Shown here: piece after piece, positions 13,547 to 28,755 of the stretch
Numbering within the stretch: position 1 is the stretch's first letter
Layout: each line of letters begins with the position of its first letter
Assembly: GCA_951406725.2 (NCBI GenBank)
Contig: OX597830.1
Span: forward strand, 73,222,001 to 73,286,000
Origin: Octopus vulgaris
Lineage: Eukaryota
DNA length: 64,000 nucleotides
Direction: 5' to 3'
Position numbers and translations under genes: made by a program
Notes under the pieces: model-generated
What the model was told of the DNA's origin: nothing
Database searches by the model: none
The model's input: only the letters and a program-made list of their open reading frames with translations

Positions 13547-13920
13547 GCCCACAAAAATAGATATTTAAATTCACACGCATATACAAACACAAGAACGGCC
13601 AAACATAACTACATACACACACACACATTTAATTGTTTGGTATGTAAATAAGAAGGGTTTCTTGCAAAAGTGGGTTGAGTATAAATACTTCTATGACAAA
13701 GTTAGAGAATGTGTAACAGAAATATCATGAGACGGAAATACATTAACCATTCAACAGTAATAAATGACGTAAATGCGAAAGCCAATACAGATGTTAAATA
13801 ATAAGTGGTACGCTGGGGTACCGGCAAACAAGCAGGACACACACACGGAATATGTGCGATGGATAATGCTTACAGCTCTAGCGTGGCTTTTAATGTGTAA
13901 TGTTTTGGTGTAATGTAGAC

Positions 13921-14145
13921 TCTTTTACTCTTTTACTTGTTTCAGTCATTGGGCTGTGGCCATGCTGGAGCACCGCCTTTAGTCGAGCAACTCGACCCCG
14001 GGACTTATTCTTTGTAAGCCTAATACTTATTCTATCGGTGTCTTTTGACGAACCGCTAAGTTATGGGGACGTAAACACACCAGCATCGGTTGCCAAGCGA
14101 TGTTGTGTGTGTGTGTGGAGGGGGAACAAACACAGACACACAAAT

Positions 14146-14194
<49 letters not shown>

Positions 14195-14417
14195 AACACA
14201 GACACACAAACATATACAAACACATATATATGTATATATATATATATACATTTATACGACAGGCTTCTTTCAGTTTCTGTCTACGAAATCCACTCACAAG
14301 ACTTTGGTCGGCCCGAGGCTATAGTATAAGACACTTGCCCAAGGTACCATACAATGGGAATGAACCCGGAACCATGTGGTTGGCAAGCAAGCCACTTACC
14401 ATACAGCCACTCCTGCG
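13921..14417 (-). mobile_element. SINE family A, full length
   Basis: From the (tcttttac)n tail to the head cagccactcctgcg. Confidence 0.92.
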
Positions 14418-14430
14418 ACTGTCTGCCATT

Positions 14431-15661
14431 CGTAGAGAAGATGCGGATTGCAGTATTGTTGGTAGCCTCAAAAGTGTTCCCATTATCTATAACCTTATCA
14501 AACGATTCACTTTGCATCTCTCGAAGTTTCAAACTTTTTCTGTCGTAAACTTCATATATGTAAGGGAATGACCATTGAAAAGCTGATGATCCTGTTGGTG
14601 CCCAAGCACAGCCACCAGAAAATGGTTCTTACACTATATGTATATAGTCATAGACTGGCGATTTGATTCGTCCCCGGTTCGATAAAGGATATTGGTAAGC
14701 TACAAAAATGTCGAAATATCGGTATCCATCACTCCCGAATGGTATTGGAGGTGAGTTGACACACATGTCTATGACTTTCAGGTGGTTTAAACCCAGTGCT
14801 ATGACGGAGTCGTCCCCCAAGCGCTCTACCACAACATACCGGCGCATAAGCAAAGCACATACGTGGAGTATGTGTGGTCGATAATGTTTACAACAATAGC
14901 GCTGCTTTTAAGTCATAGTTAAATTAAATATACAGCACTTAGCAACTAATTTTCAGTTATATCCTCAAAGACGCATGAGTTATCCTATCTTTGATGACGT
15001 GATCTACAGAAGTTCCTGGAATGCACTACCAGAAGCTGGGATCTTTTAATATCAGATACTATCACACAGTTGATCCTCTCGGGGGTTGACTATGTCCCAA
15101 ATTGCCACCGGTCTGCCAACTAGTGGACTTTTCCGAAGATACATCCAGTCATAGAATGCAGACACCCCGCCACTTTGCTGCATCGATAACGCCAAGCCTA
15201 GTTACGGCATAGCAGAGTAAACGCCCTACTAAACTTCAACAGCCTATTCTAGCTGACATGCAAAACGGCTACCAGCCCCCATTTCTGCATTTCTCTGTCA
15301 GTCACATGTCCCCAAGAAAGAAAGTTATTCATTTGCTCTGTAAAGATGAGAATCGTTGGACCAAACAACAGCAGCAAACATACACGCGCGCGCTTTCTTA
15401 TACATATATGTACATTTGCATGCTTTGGCATAATGTAGAAGGCGTGTCATTTTTACAGATCTGGATTGCACTATTGTGGGTAGCCTTCAAAGTTTTCCGT
15501 CCAAGGGATTTTTATAAACAACATCATTCTACATGCCATTATCTATAGCTTTATTTACTTCGAGTTCCACAGTTTTAAACGACTCATTTTTTCTTTCTCG
15601 AAGTTTCAACATTCTTATGACGTAAACTTTATATATGTAAGTGAATGGCCATTGAAACGCT
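14431..15661 (-). mobile_element. Probable heavily deleted Ty3/gypsy relic with degenerate terminal direct repeats
   Basis: Diverged direct repeats at 14444-14583 and 15461-15661 (ggattgca.tattgt.ggtagcct; tctcgaagtttcaa; cgtaaactt.atatatgtaag.gaatg.ccattgaaa). Weak pol-like remnants between them in RNaseH-to-integrase order (LIFT..MNNFLSWGH, GVYSA, LMRRYV, PIPFGSDG). Confidence 0.45.
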
Positions 15662-15803
15662 GGAAATACTGGCGGTGTCCCAGCATGGCCACTGCCTTTG
15701 GGCTCAAGCACATAAAAGTCTATATGTATGTATGTGTGTTCGTTGTGTGTCTGAGTGTAAGTGTGTATATATATATATATGTATATGTATCTATACATGA
15801 ATG

Positions 15804-15846
<43 letters not shown>

Positions 15847-16291
15847 ATGTATATGGATGTATATATGTATGTATGTATGATTGATTGCTTATTTAATTGA
15901 TTGATGACAATAAAATAGAAGTATCACACTCTTTCCACATAAAAATTCTTTAATATATAAATATATACATACATACAGATACAAATATTTTCAAATAAAA
16001 ATTTTTAATTGCACAAGGCTAATTTAGGGAGCTTGTTATAATGCTGACGGGGAGGAGGGAATTAAGATGAAATAGTTCCAGTTAGGGTCCAGTGGAAACT
16101 CTTCATAGATCAAAGCCTCTCCACAATCCTCACCTCTGTTTCTCTCTCCGTCTTTCTCTCTATATGTATCTACCTATTTATCTCTCCCGCTTTAAGCCTC
16201 GGATTAGCTTTGATGGTTCAGCCCTTTGATCGAGGCTATTTTGATTGTGACTATTCTATACTTTTATTAAAAATTAGTATATGGACTAGAG

Positions 16292-17244
<953 letters not shown>

Positions 17245-17679
17245 GATTAGAGAGTAAAGTTAGTCTCCTATTTCTTGCTGACTGAGCATCGATATATTTG
17301 TTAACTGTTAAGTAATTTTTGGTGTTGTTTTGATATAACTGCTATTTGTGGTTGTTATTGCTGTTGTTGTTGCTGAGCCCCTGGTCAGGCTCGGGTCGAC
17401 AAGTTCATTTATGTTCAAAAGCATATTCCATACATTCCACCCACGACCGTCCACGATAATTTTCTGGTGGCTGCAATTCTACGACTGCACCTGTCTGATG
17501 TTTTTCTATATTTTCTTTTTAATCTGTGGTGATATAATTTCAGGTAGATTTTAGCTGCTATATCTAGCAATTTGAATGAGCCTATAGAGTACACCTCCAC
17601 CGGATTGTCGAGAGAGTAATTTGTTAAATAGGAGTGCCATCAAGATTGTGCCCCTCACCTCTTTCTCCCCATCTTTCTC

Positions 17680-17748
17680 TCTATATGTGTGTGTATGTAT
17701 GTACACATATATATATATATATATGTATGTGTGTGTATGTATGTACAC

Positions 17749-17804
<56 letters not shown>

Positions 17805-17821
17805 GTATGTATCTCTCTCTC

Positions 17822-17857
<36 letters not shown>

Positions 17858-17863
17858 CATACA

Positions 17864-17903
<40 letters not shown>

Positions 17904-17948
17904 CATACATACATACATATATATATACACACACACATACACACACAC
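17680..17948. repeat. Compound (TA)n/(CA)n microsatellite
   Basis: Directly visible. Confidence 0.95.
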
Positions 17949-18969
17949 CTAACCGTCCACCCGGCTCGGTTTACCAATATGTCAACATACACATTTATCT
18001 TCCCATAATTCCCAATGCGTTGTACTCTCTTGTCTTCTTACTCTCCTTCTTTGTTACATCCTATCCGTCTTGTTTGCTTATTTTTCTCTTTCTTTCATTC
18101 GTTCATTCTTATTCCATGATTTCTCGTTTCTCATCAATCTTGTTGATTGTGTGTATGTGTGTGCATGTGTGTGTGTGTGTGCGTATGTTTGTGAGTGTGC
18201 TGTGCTCTGTTCCTGTGTCTGTGTATATAGGTATGTTTTATATGCTTGTATATGTATGCGTGTGTATGCTTGTGTATGCGTGTACATTCAGTGTTGGATA
18301 GAGATGCTTCATATAATGGGTGTTTGATGCTGTATGTGTGTGTGTGTGTGTTCAGGTGTATTTGAGTGTATATCAGTGTGGCTGTGTTGATACAATGTAT
18401 GGCTCATGCTATGTGTGTGGTGGGTTTCATTAATGTTGTTATTGTTTTGTGAATGTGTTATTTTACATAATCGTATATGGGGATGCGATGGTCTGTGTAT
18501 GCGTGTGTGTGAGTGTCTGTTTATACATTTACTGACTTTCAGAAGTGGCGTTTCATATAGTTTGTGGTTGATATTTAGTGTGTGTGTGTGTGTGCGTGTG
18601 CATGCGTGTGTGTGTGTGTGTATGTGTATACACTTAGTGTTGTGTAGAGGTGAGTTTACATAGTGTGGTTGAGGCTTGGCGTTTGTGTGTGCCTGTGTGT
18701 TTGCAGGCATGTGTACATACATCGATGTGGCTGCGTTGCTTCATATATTGTATGCTTGATGTACTATATGTGTATGTGTGTAGGTTCTGTGAATGTGTGC
18801 TTTCTCACAATCGTACAACACGTGGCTGCGGTAGCCTGTGTGGTGGAACGGAGTGTATCCATGTGTGTGTCTACCTAGTATTGTACGGTGCTTTGCTTCA
18901 TGTAATGTATGATTGCTATTTTTGTACGTCTGTTTCTGCGTTCGAGCATACTTCCAACAACTTAGGCGT

Positions 18970-19067
18970 TATTTGAACTCAGAACGTAGCGGCAGGAATT
19001 TGAACTCAGAACGTAGCGGCAGGCGAAATACCGCTAAGCATAACGTTTCTGCCAGCTCGCCGCCTTC
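18970..19067 (-). mobile_element. SINE C head fragment with a local ~28-bp duplication
   Basis: atttgaactcagaacgtagcggcagg occurs twice, then cgaaataccgctaagc..gccagctcgccgccttc. Confidence 0.8.
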
Positions 19068-19122
19068 ACATATACATAACAATATTAAGATATGCTATCA
19101 TTTATGTATTTGCGTGCGTGCC

Positions 19123-19198
19123 CTTGCTTACCAACCACACGTCTAAAGTGGGGCTCCAGCATGGCTGCAGTCAAATGACTGAAACAAGTAAAAGAATA
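19123..19198 (+). mobile_element. SINE A with almost the entire body deleted
   Basis: The head piece cttgcttaccaaccacac is joined to the tail ctccagcatggctgcagtcaaatgactgaaacaagtaaaagaata. Confidence 0.72.
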
Positions 19199-19552
19199 TG
19201 TATATGTAGAAAGATAGATAGATAATCATTCTTAGAACGTTGAATGCCGAGAAAGAAAGATCAAAGTAAAATATTGAGATTGATAGAGATGGAGAAAGAG
19301 AATAGAGAGCAATAATGATAAAATTATAGTAAAAGCGTGTAAATATTGAGTTAAAAATTCGTTTGAATAAAAAAAATTTTTAATGTCGAAGGACGCCAGT
19401 GGGGCGGGAACGTACATCTGCTGTAAACATGACAGACGTTCTACTACCGAACCAAAGTCATCTTTCAACTGAGAAGGGAAAATGTACCATGACCAGTGGA
19501 ATGCAAAACCAGTATCTAGTAATAATAATAATCTCACTCCTTCAACACATCT

Positions 19553-19906
19553 GTGAAGGCGCGTGGCTCAGTGGTTAGAGCGTCGAGCTTACGATCGTGA
19601 GGTTGTGAGCTCGAATCCCGGACCGGGCTGCGTGTTGTGTTCTTGAGCAAGACACTTTATTTCACGTTGCTCCAGTTCACTCAGCTGTAGAAATGAGTTG
19701 CGACGTCACAGGTGCCAAGCTGTATCGGCCCCTTTGTCTTTCCTTTGGATAACATCGGTAACGTGGAGAGAGGAGGCCGGTATGCATGGGCGACTGCTGG
19801 TCTTCCATAAAAAAGAACAACAACCTTGCCCAGACTTGTGCCTCAGAGGGTAACTCTCTAGGTGCAAACCCATGGTCAGTGTCTGACCGAAGGGGGTCAC
19901 CACCAC
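19553..19906 (+). mobile_element. SINE family D (tRNA-derived, CORE-like), full length
   Basis: A box tggctcagtggttag, B box gctcgaatccc, CORE-like tgtgttcttgagcaagacacttta; perfect 10-bp TSD caacacatct (19543-52 / 19907-16). Confidence 0.93.
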
Positions 19907-20668
19907 CAACACATCTTATTTAAATTGCTAATTACAATTAAGCGCAGTGATTAGATGATGAGTTCCAAGTAACCGAAGAGCAAAATACAATTGCTTGCTT
20001 ACTAATTAGTATCCAACAAAAAGTAAACAAATCTCGGTTATTTATTTTCATTATTATAATTAGCTTAATTTTAAAGTACACGGGATCTGGGAATATCAAA
20101 CTTGTACGAAGTCGTTCATAATATTATTTGAAAGTAATGGAGATCTCTTGCAGTACAGCTTTTTGCTCAAAATCTCTAAAAATGTTAACTCTCTTTTTCA
20201 TATGTGACTCTTGTTGGTTACTAGGTTAATCAGGCACTGCGTATGTATGTATGTATGTATGTATGTATGTATGTATGTATGTATGTATGTACATATGTAT
20301 GCATGTATGCATGTATGTATGTATATTTTTCGATATGCGTACACACACACACGTCTATACACACACATCAAAAATATGAATTCCTAGGTCAACACTTCAC
20401 GAGACACACTTTGATAACATCATAGATGTGTGCGTGTGTGTGGGGAGGGAAATATGTGCATGTATATTTGCGTGTGCGCGTCTGTGTGTGTGTGTGCGTC
20501 CATGTGTGTGTGTGTGTGTGTATGAGTTTGTATCTATAAGTTCTGGCTTTACCATGGCCAATGAAATGAATTCGAGGCGTGTTCATTGCCACTTGAAAAA
20601 CTATATTTACACATACACACGCACACAAGCATGCACACACAAACACACACATAAATGTATGAATATAT

Positions 20669-20767
<99 letters not shown>

Positions 20768-20786
20768 TATACATATACATATACAT

Positions 20787-20827
<41 letters not shown>

Positions 20828-21184
20828 AGCATACTTGCACATAAACACTCTTATGCGTAGAGTTAGAATATTATATTGTAGACCGCATGTAACTTCGCTG
20901 TTACTAATACGGTTGCTTAGCAGTCTGTCCATATGCATGGAATACACATCGAATAGATGTATTTAACACTACCACTATCACCAGCACAAGCATCATCACC
21001 ACCACTACCATCATGACCATCACCGTCACCACCACAACCATCAACACTCCTGTACACTCTCTAATCATACTACACTTGAACTTGTAATATCATGGGCTGA
21101 GTAGTAAGACTGGCGGTTTACACGACAGTAGAAATGGCTGCTATATACTGTTTTTCCGACTTTCCGTTATTGGAGTCTATTCTC

Positions 21185-21863
<679 letters not shown>

Positions 21864-22233
21864 CATACGTACACAAATATACACATAAACACACACATTT
21901 TATCTTTTTCTCCCCTTCATCTTTTATGTCCCTTATTCCCACACGTTTTTCCCTTTCAACCTCTTCTTCTCTTCTCTTTGATCCAATGTATTTATCTAAA
22001 TCACCCAGTCCGTCTCTCAGGTTCTTTTTCCTCTTTCAATCTCTCTTCCATATTCACAGTCACACGCGCACACGCGCACGATCTTATCGCGGTATGTTCT
22101 GCTCGTCTTTTTGTTTTTGTTTCTGTTAATCTACAGGAATTCCTCCATTCACGTAGAAGTTGGCCTTTATCTAAGAAAGTAGATTCCCCTACCTCTCTCC
22201 TATCCTTCCGTGTGAATCCCTCTTCCTATCTTC

Positions 22234-22272
<39 letters not shown>

Positions 22273-22613
22273 GTCTCTCTATCTTTCCTTCTTTCTCCCT
22301 TCCTCTCTCTCTCTCCCCTCTCTTCATTGGAAATAGGTATACTACAGCTATCTAAAACTACATGCTGAACCTTGAGAATGCCTTGGATATTTTAACTATG
22401 TCGCTTATAAAGTGAATGCAAAGAATGTTCCTGTTACCCCACAGCTGCTGCTGCGGCTGCTGCTGTTCTTTTCTGCGTTTTTTTGTTTTGTTTTGTTCCT
22501 GTTGTGGTTGTTCCTGCTCAGATCGAGCAGACCAATGAGGAAAGATCGTGTTATGGATGTCTGTGAAGGCCATGAGCGCAGACCTTCAACGAAAACCTAG
22601 GGTAGGTCTAAGA

Positions 22614-23688
22614 CTACATGGTTTTCAGTTCAGTCCCACTGCGCATAATCACATGCATATTGATACGTGTCAGTGTGTGTGTGTTTATATCTGTCCCTCA
22701 CCTCACCACTGGACAACTGGTGTTGGTGTGTTTACGTTCCTGCAACTTAGAGGTTAGGCAGAAATATATAGATAGAAGGCGGCGAGATGGCAGAAACGTT
22801 AGCACGCCGGGCGAAATGCTTAGCGGTATTTCGTCTGCCGTTACGGTCTGAGTTCAAATTCCGCCGAGGTCGACTTTGCCTTTCATCCTTTCGAGGTCGA
22901 TAAATTAAGAACCAGCTACGGACTGGGGTCGATGTAATCGACTTAATCCGTTTGTCTGTCCTTGTTTGTCCCTTCTGTGTTTAGCCCCTCATGGAGAGTA
23001 AAGAAATAGGTATTTCGTCTGCTGTTACGTTCTGAGTTCAAATTCCGCCGAGGTCGACTTTGCCTTTCATCATTTCGGGATCGATAAATTAAGCACCAGT
23101 TACGCACTGAGGTCGATGTAATCGGCTTAATCCCTTTGTCCTTGTTTGTCCCCTCTATGTTTAGCACCTTGTGGGCAATAAAGAAATAGGTATTTCGTCT
23201 GCCGCTACGTTCTGATGTTCAAATTCCGCCGAGGTCGACTTTGCCTTTCATCATTTCGGGATCGATAAATTAAGCACCAGTTACGCACTGAGGTCGATGT
23301 AATCGGCTTAATCCCTTTGTCCTTGTTTGTCCCCTCTATGTTTAGCACCTTGTGGGCAATAAAGAAATAGGTATTTCGTCTGCCGCTACGTTCTGAGTTC
23401 AAATTCCGCCACGGTCGACTTTGCCTTTCATCCTTTCGAGGTCGATTAAATAAGTACCAGTTATGCATTCGGGTCGATATAATCGACTCAATCTCTTTGT
23501 CTGTCCTTGTTTGTTCCCTCTGTGTGTAGCCCCCTATGAGCAGTAAAGAAATAAGAAATAGATAGATTAAGTTACAGGCTGAAAAAAAAAAACCGTACTG
23601 GAGCTGATTAATTCCACTAAATATATCTTCAATGCTTTGCCCCAGCATTGCCGTAGTCTAATAGCTGAAGCAAGTTAAAGATAAAAAG
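22614..23688 (+). mobile_element. Old SINE A copy split by the SINE C tetramer
   Basis: 5' part 22614-22776 (ttcagtcccactgcg..gtgtttacgttcctgcaacttag..gataga) resumes at 23567-23688 (ttaagttacaggct..cccagcattgccgtagtctaatagctgaagcaagttaaag). Confidence 0.72.
22777..23557 (+). mobile_element. SINE C tetramer: one head + four ~180-bp units
   Basis: Units begin ggtatttcgtctg at 22825, 23009, 23189 and 23370; 9-bp TSD atagataga (22768-76 / 23558-66). Confidence 0.93.
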
Positions 23689-23852
23689 CTGTCATTCAAG
23701 CAGTATTTTGTTTCCCTTTCTAAAGTGAACACAGTATTACGTGTCCCTGTGTTTCGTCTTACTGTGGGATTTGAGAGAGGTTTGGCTGTCGTGTTTTAGC
23801 TGGTCGAGTCCACTAGAAGGTCCCTCCATAATTTATGCACAGACATAGCATT

Positions 23853-23901
<49 letters not shown>

Positions 23902-24720
23902 TAGACACATGTACATACAGAAACGCACACACACACGCACACACACGTGTGCAATTTGCGTCAATGAAACAGTAGAATGATTTAAGATTAGGGCAGCAAA
24001 CCAGGGTCTTTGAGGTAAAGGTTAATTGCCAATTATAGCTTCCTCGCTACTTATTAGGTATTATATTTTGTCGACCCAGTAATGACAAAAGACAAAGATG
24101 GACTGCGATGAAACTTGAACTCAAAACGTAAATACTTCTATTGTTTGACACGATAACTATTCTACTAAACTAGAATGCGTGAAATGAGGTAGATTAGGTT
24201 TCTATTTTTAGTTGGTCGAAATTATTTAGTGAAGCTGTCGCTTTGATTCGGTTTGAAAAATGTGTGTTCAGTAAATCTATTTTTATCTATTTAATTTTTG
24301 TTTCCTTTTTACATTTATTTCCTTGTCAGAAAACTTCATCGTTTGAAGTATACCGCTGTAACAGTTGTTGATCAAACTAATATGGGCATTGATTCTTGAA
24401 GTAGAGAAACTCTAAGATGTGAATTAAGTGTTTATACCAATGTTTTTTTTTGTTGTTTTTTAAAATAATTTTCGTGTATTTCCTTCTCTACTAATCCTCC
24501 ACCCCATCTCCTTTCTCCTTTTAAGATCAGAAGCACGTAGTCTTGTATACAGCACTATTACACAACTTTAACTGACTTTATATTAAAGTTGTCTTGTATA
24601 CAACACAATTTATTACATGACATTAACAGCCTTCAATTAATTAATTTAACATTAAAAACATAAAAATCAGTATGAATGAAAATAAGTCAAGGAGAAACAG
24701 CGAAGCTATTTTATTTTTTA

Positions 24721-24947
24721 ACTTTTCCTTGTTTCAGTCATTTATCTGACTGTGGTCATGCTGGAGCACTGCCTTATGGAAATTATTAGTTGAATGAATC
24801 AACCCCCACTACTTCCTTTTTTTAAAGCCTGATACATATTCTATAGGTTTATTTTGGCTGAACCGCTAAGTTACGAGGACGTAAACACACCGACATAAGC
24901 TGTCAAGCGGTTTCTGGGTATAAACACACACACACGCACACACACAC

Positions 24948-24990
<43 letters not shown>

Positions 24991-25146
24991 ACGGACTTCT
25001 TTTAGTTTCGAGTTACCAAATCCATTCACAAAATTTTGGTCGTCTCGAGGAAATAATAGAAGACATTTGCCTAAAGTGCAACGCAGTGGGACTGAAACCG
25101 GAGCTATGTGGTTGGGAAGCAAGCTTCCTAGTACACAGTTACACCT
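24721..25146 (-). mobile_element. SINE family A, diverged
   Basis: Family A blocks in reverse with an internal (CA)n tract. Confidence 0.85.
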
Positions 25147-25257
25147 GGAACCATAGGTGACATGTTCCTGTAAAGTAACACATCATCAGCTACGGACATT
25201 GGATTTTAGCGTTGCATTTCTAGATACAGCTATTACAGAAATAAAAGACATCATGAA

Positions 25258-25293
<36 letters not shown>

Positions 25294-25418
25294 TTAGCGT
25301 TCGCTTTCCATGCTAGCATGGATTGGACGGTTCAACTGGGGTCTGGGAAGCCAGAAGGCTGCACCAGGCCCAGTCTGATCTGGCAATGTTTCTACGGCTG
25401 GATGCCCTTCCTAACGCC
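25258..25418 (-). mobile_element. SINE family F 3' fragment
   Basis: Near-identical to 13304-13450. Confidence 0.88.
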
Positions 25419-25749
25419 AGGATGCCCAACCAAAATGAAATAATTTCGAGTGTTGCTCTTTCAATAAGCTTAACGCTGCCCATTCACGTGTGTGTTGTTG
25501 TGTTGTTGTAGCTATGTCTTAGCTATGCACTTAATTCATTGATCAGCATATCTATTACATGTAGAAAGTCAGTGGGAAGCAATAAAGGTGATATACGCAC
25601 CCATCACAGAGAATATGTGAAATATATGCTGCTACCCAAGCAAATAAGCATATGTGTATGCTTGTATGTCTATCTATCCATGAATTAGATGTTCACTCTT
25701 TCAACAGTCGAAACATTCCTTGCTACTTTTATTCTTGCCTCATAAAAAC

Positions 25750-26900
25750 AATAAGAGGTTTGTTGTATTTGTCTCTTCTCGGGATTTTCTATCAGCATTT
25801 CATACTTTTAAAGAAGTCGATATATTTCGGTTCCGAAGTTCCTTAGATATAAGTTTTAGGCAATCCTTCATACGGGAAACATTGTAATAAGTTTTGACAA
25901 CAATGCCGTTTCGCTTCCGAAGATAGTATCTTGGAGTAGCGCTTCATAATATCGATAGTATCTTCGACACTGGGATGGCACTTTGGACAGTTTCTATCGC
26001 AAAGAAATCTTTTCCAATATTATTATCTTTTTTAGTGATCAGGTGTATTTATTATTTGTCCCCTGTTTATGCATTGTGAAAGAGCTACATCTTATTTCTT
26101 TATTGCCCACAAAGGGCTAAATATAGAGGGGACAAACAAGGACAGACAAAGGGATTAAGTCAATTACATCGACCCCAGTACGTAACTGGCACTTAATTTA
26201 TCGACCCCGAAAGGATGAAAAGCAAAGTCGACCTCTATATCTAGATGTGATGACACTGTTTCTGATGATACAATAAGTTTTCCTTCTCACGAAGTTCTTT
26301 ACTTACAGTCAATGTTACCTTCACTGTTAAATACATATATTGACTGTTATTTCTCCCTCCAACGACTCAGTTGAATGGGGATGTTCTTCGGTTCATACGA
26401 TGCTGTACTCAAGCCTCAATGTCTAATGTCTAACGACAGTCCTATCAATAACACAATGCAGAATCTGTCAGTGATATATTCCAGGTCCCGATGTCCAAGT
26501 TGCGAAATTTTGAGAGCTTAAATGTTATAGGAAAGTGGATTATTGAATAAGAATTGCTGTGACTTCAATACCTCTGAATTTTGCTGACGTTTTTTCTATG
26601 CCTCAATGGTTTTACTCACCACGCCAGCGTATAAAATATTCTCATTGATTCCAAAAACACAATTTTATATTCGTCATTGTAAACAAAGAAAATAGACAGG
26701 CCATTGATGTGTATGTTCTTTGCTTGGCTAACAATCTTAGCTCGACTGACTACCAAACATGAATGCTTATCCAGACAAAACTCCACAATCTACATTTCAA
26801 TATATACGACTTCTCTATTGAATTCACTCCCAAATCTATGCTGGAATTTCTTACTTTTGTTAGCATTTTTCAAAGTATGAAAGGAAGGTAAATTTTAGTA
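25750..26900 (-). mobile_element. Possible very old hAT (Buster/ZBED-like) transposase relic
   Basis: Weak colinear minus-strand remnants: KIVSQAKNIHING (cf. LIAK.GKPHTIGE) and LHCVIDR (cf. HCIIHR). No continuous frame; boundaries approximate. Confidence 0.3.
26093..26234 (-). mobile_element. SINE C (C2) 5'-truncated insertion
   Basis: C2 tail through gtcgacct; candidate TSD ctacatct / ctatatct. Confidence 0.85.
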
Positions 26901-27190
26901 ACATTCAAGAAAGGTATACAAGTGGTTACAGAAGACTTCATTGGAGACAAGAATAAAGACAAGAGTGCTCTATACAGAAAGTAGGGTATCGAAATACATT
27001 TATTTTACTGGCGTAAAAATGCAGAAGTAGATCACGTAACTACTTAGTGAGGTGTTTCTCAACCATTTCTCAACATCGACTTCACGCAAAAAGGAAAAAA
27101 TATGCGACCTAATACGGACGAACCAAGTTAGTATATAGCATATATGTAGGTGTGTATATATATGTGTCTATCTATCTATCTAGCTAGCTA

Positions 27191-27269
27191 GGTGCTACGT
27201 AACGGGGCTGAACCCGGAACCATGTGGTTGGGAAATCAAGCTTCTTACCACACAGCTACACGTGCACCT
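27191..27269 (-). mobile_element. SINE A head fragment
   Basis: ctgaacccggaaccatgtggttggg..cttaccacacagc. Confidence 0.78.
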
Positions 27270-27335
27270 GTATGTATGTATAAATATATGTGCGTGTGTG
27301 TATATATAAATATAATATATATAGATATATGGGCG

Positions 27336-27372
<37 letters not shown>

Positions 27373-27425
27373 GTCTGTGTGTATCTATCTTTCTCTCTCT
27401 ATATATATATGTATATGTATATATA

Positions 27426-27504
<79 letters not shown>

Positions 27505-27858
27505 TTATATTCCAGAGTTTGTATGCTCAATAATCGTATTATTAGCTTGCTCTTTATAAACTAAACAAAGGGCACAGCAAGACAGGTGGCACCACCTATT
27601 AAAAGCTATTACTAGAAGAGAATAGCTCTCTCCAATTAGTATCAATGTAACCAATACAGACCCTTCTTTGACCCGATCGCTCGCATGCCCTCTCACGTGT
27701 CACTCATCAGGTAACATGAATAAGCATTATTAATTATGGTTATGACATTTATGTTATCATTGCTGTTCTTGTTGTTGCTATATTTTGTTGCTGTTTCGGT
27801 CATATTATTTATAAATATATCAATATATATGTGTATATGTATGTGAGAGAATATGTGT

Positions 27859-27919
<61 letters not shown>

Positions 27920-28016
27920 TTCTCTCTGTATACATACATACATATACACAGATACAGATATACATTTACAAATATAGTCACACCTCTATTTGCACCTATA
28001 TGCATTTATGTATATA

Positions 28017-28199
28017 TGACTGTGTGGTAAGCAGCTTGTTTACCGACCACACTGTTCCGAGTTCAGTCTCACTGCGTAGCACCTTGGGCAAGTGTCTTCT
28101 TATATAGACTCGGACCAACTTGTAGGTGGATTTTGTAGACGGAAAATGAAAGAAGCCCATCGTATATATGAATGTGTGTGTGTCTGTGTGTGTGTGTGT

Positions 28200-28260
<61 letters not shown>

Positions 28261-28464
28261 TGTATCTCTGTTTGTCCCCACCACCACTATCACTTGACAG
28301 CCGATATTGGCGTGTTTACGTCCCTGCAACTTAGCGGTTCGGCAAACTAAAGCAATACAATTAGTACTAGGCTTACAAAGAATTACTCCTGTGGTCAATT
28401 TGCTCAACTGAAGGCGGTACTCCAGCGTAGCCGCAGTGAAATGACTGAAACAAATATAAGAATA
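28017..28464 (+). mobile_element. SINE family A
   Basis: Head, internal (TG)n tract and tail are all present. Confidence 0.9.
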
Positions 28465-28500
28465 TATACATATATCCATACATACTCATATATACATACG

Positions 28501-28575
<75 letters not shown>

Positions 28576-28718
28576 AAATATTATATATATATATATATAT
28601 AATTATGTCCTAGCAGAATGCAACTTTGTGTATATATATATCAAATGTCCTGTCCGTGTTTATTGTATCGTTTTCTTGAGTTATACGTTCTTGTCCATGT
28701 TGTATTTTTCTACATACC

Positions 28719-28755
<37 letters not shown>

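Noticed and set aside
19555-19625. tRNA genes at SINE heads (also 3480, 32336, 38211, 55728)
   Set aside because: A/B boxes are present, but each continues into a SINE body with tail/TSD and I could not form a full cloverleaf.
22092-22606. Apparent splice acceptors/donors and a Cys-rich 40-aa ORF
   Set aside because: Pyrimidine tracts and Cys runs come from simple repeats; part matches an old dispersed repeat (gatcgagcagacc). It needs RNA-seq to reconsider.
22825-23553. CRISPR-like array (also the 63-bp array at 53029-53242)
   Set aside because: Whole units repeat with no unique spacers; eukaryotic SINE context with no cas genes.
24185-24210. let-7-like tgaggtagattaggtt
   Set aside because: No complementary arm for a pre-miRNA hairpin, and several mismatches.
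27505-27696. ORF with SLLVIAFNRWC, resembling GPCR TM3 (NRY-type)
   Set aside because: Isolated short match with no convincing splice sites and no other TM segments in the window.
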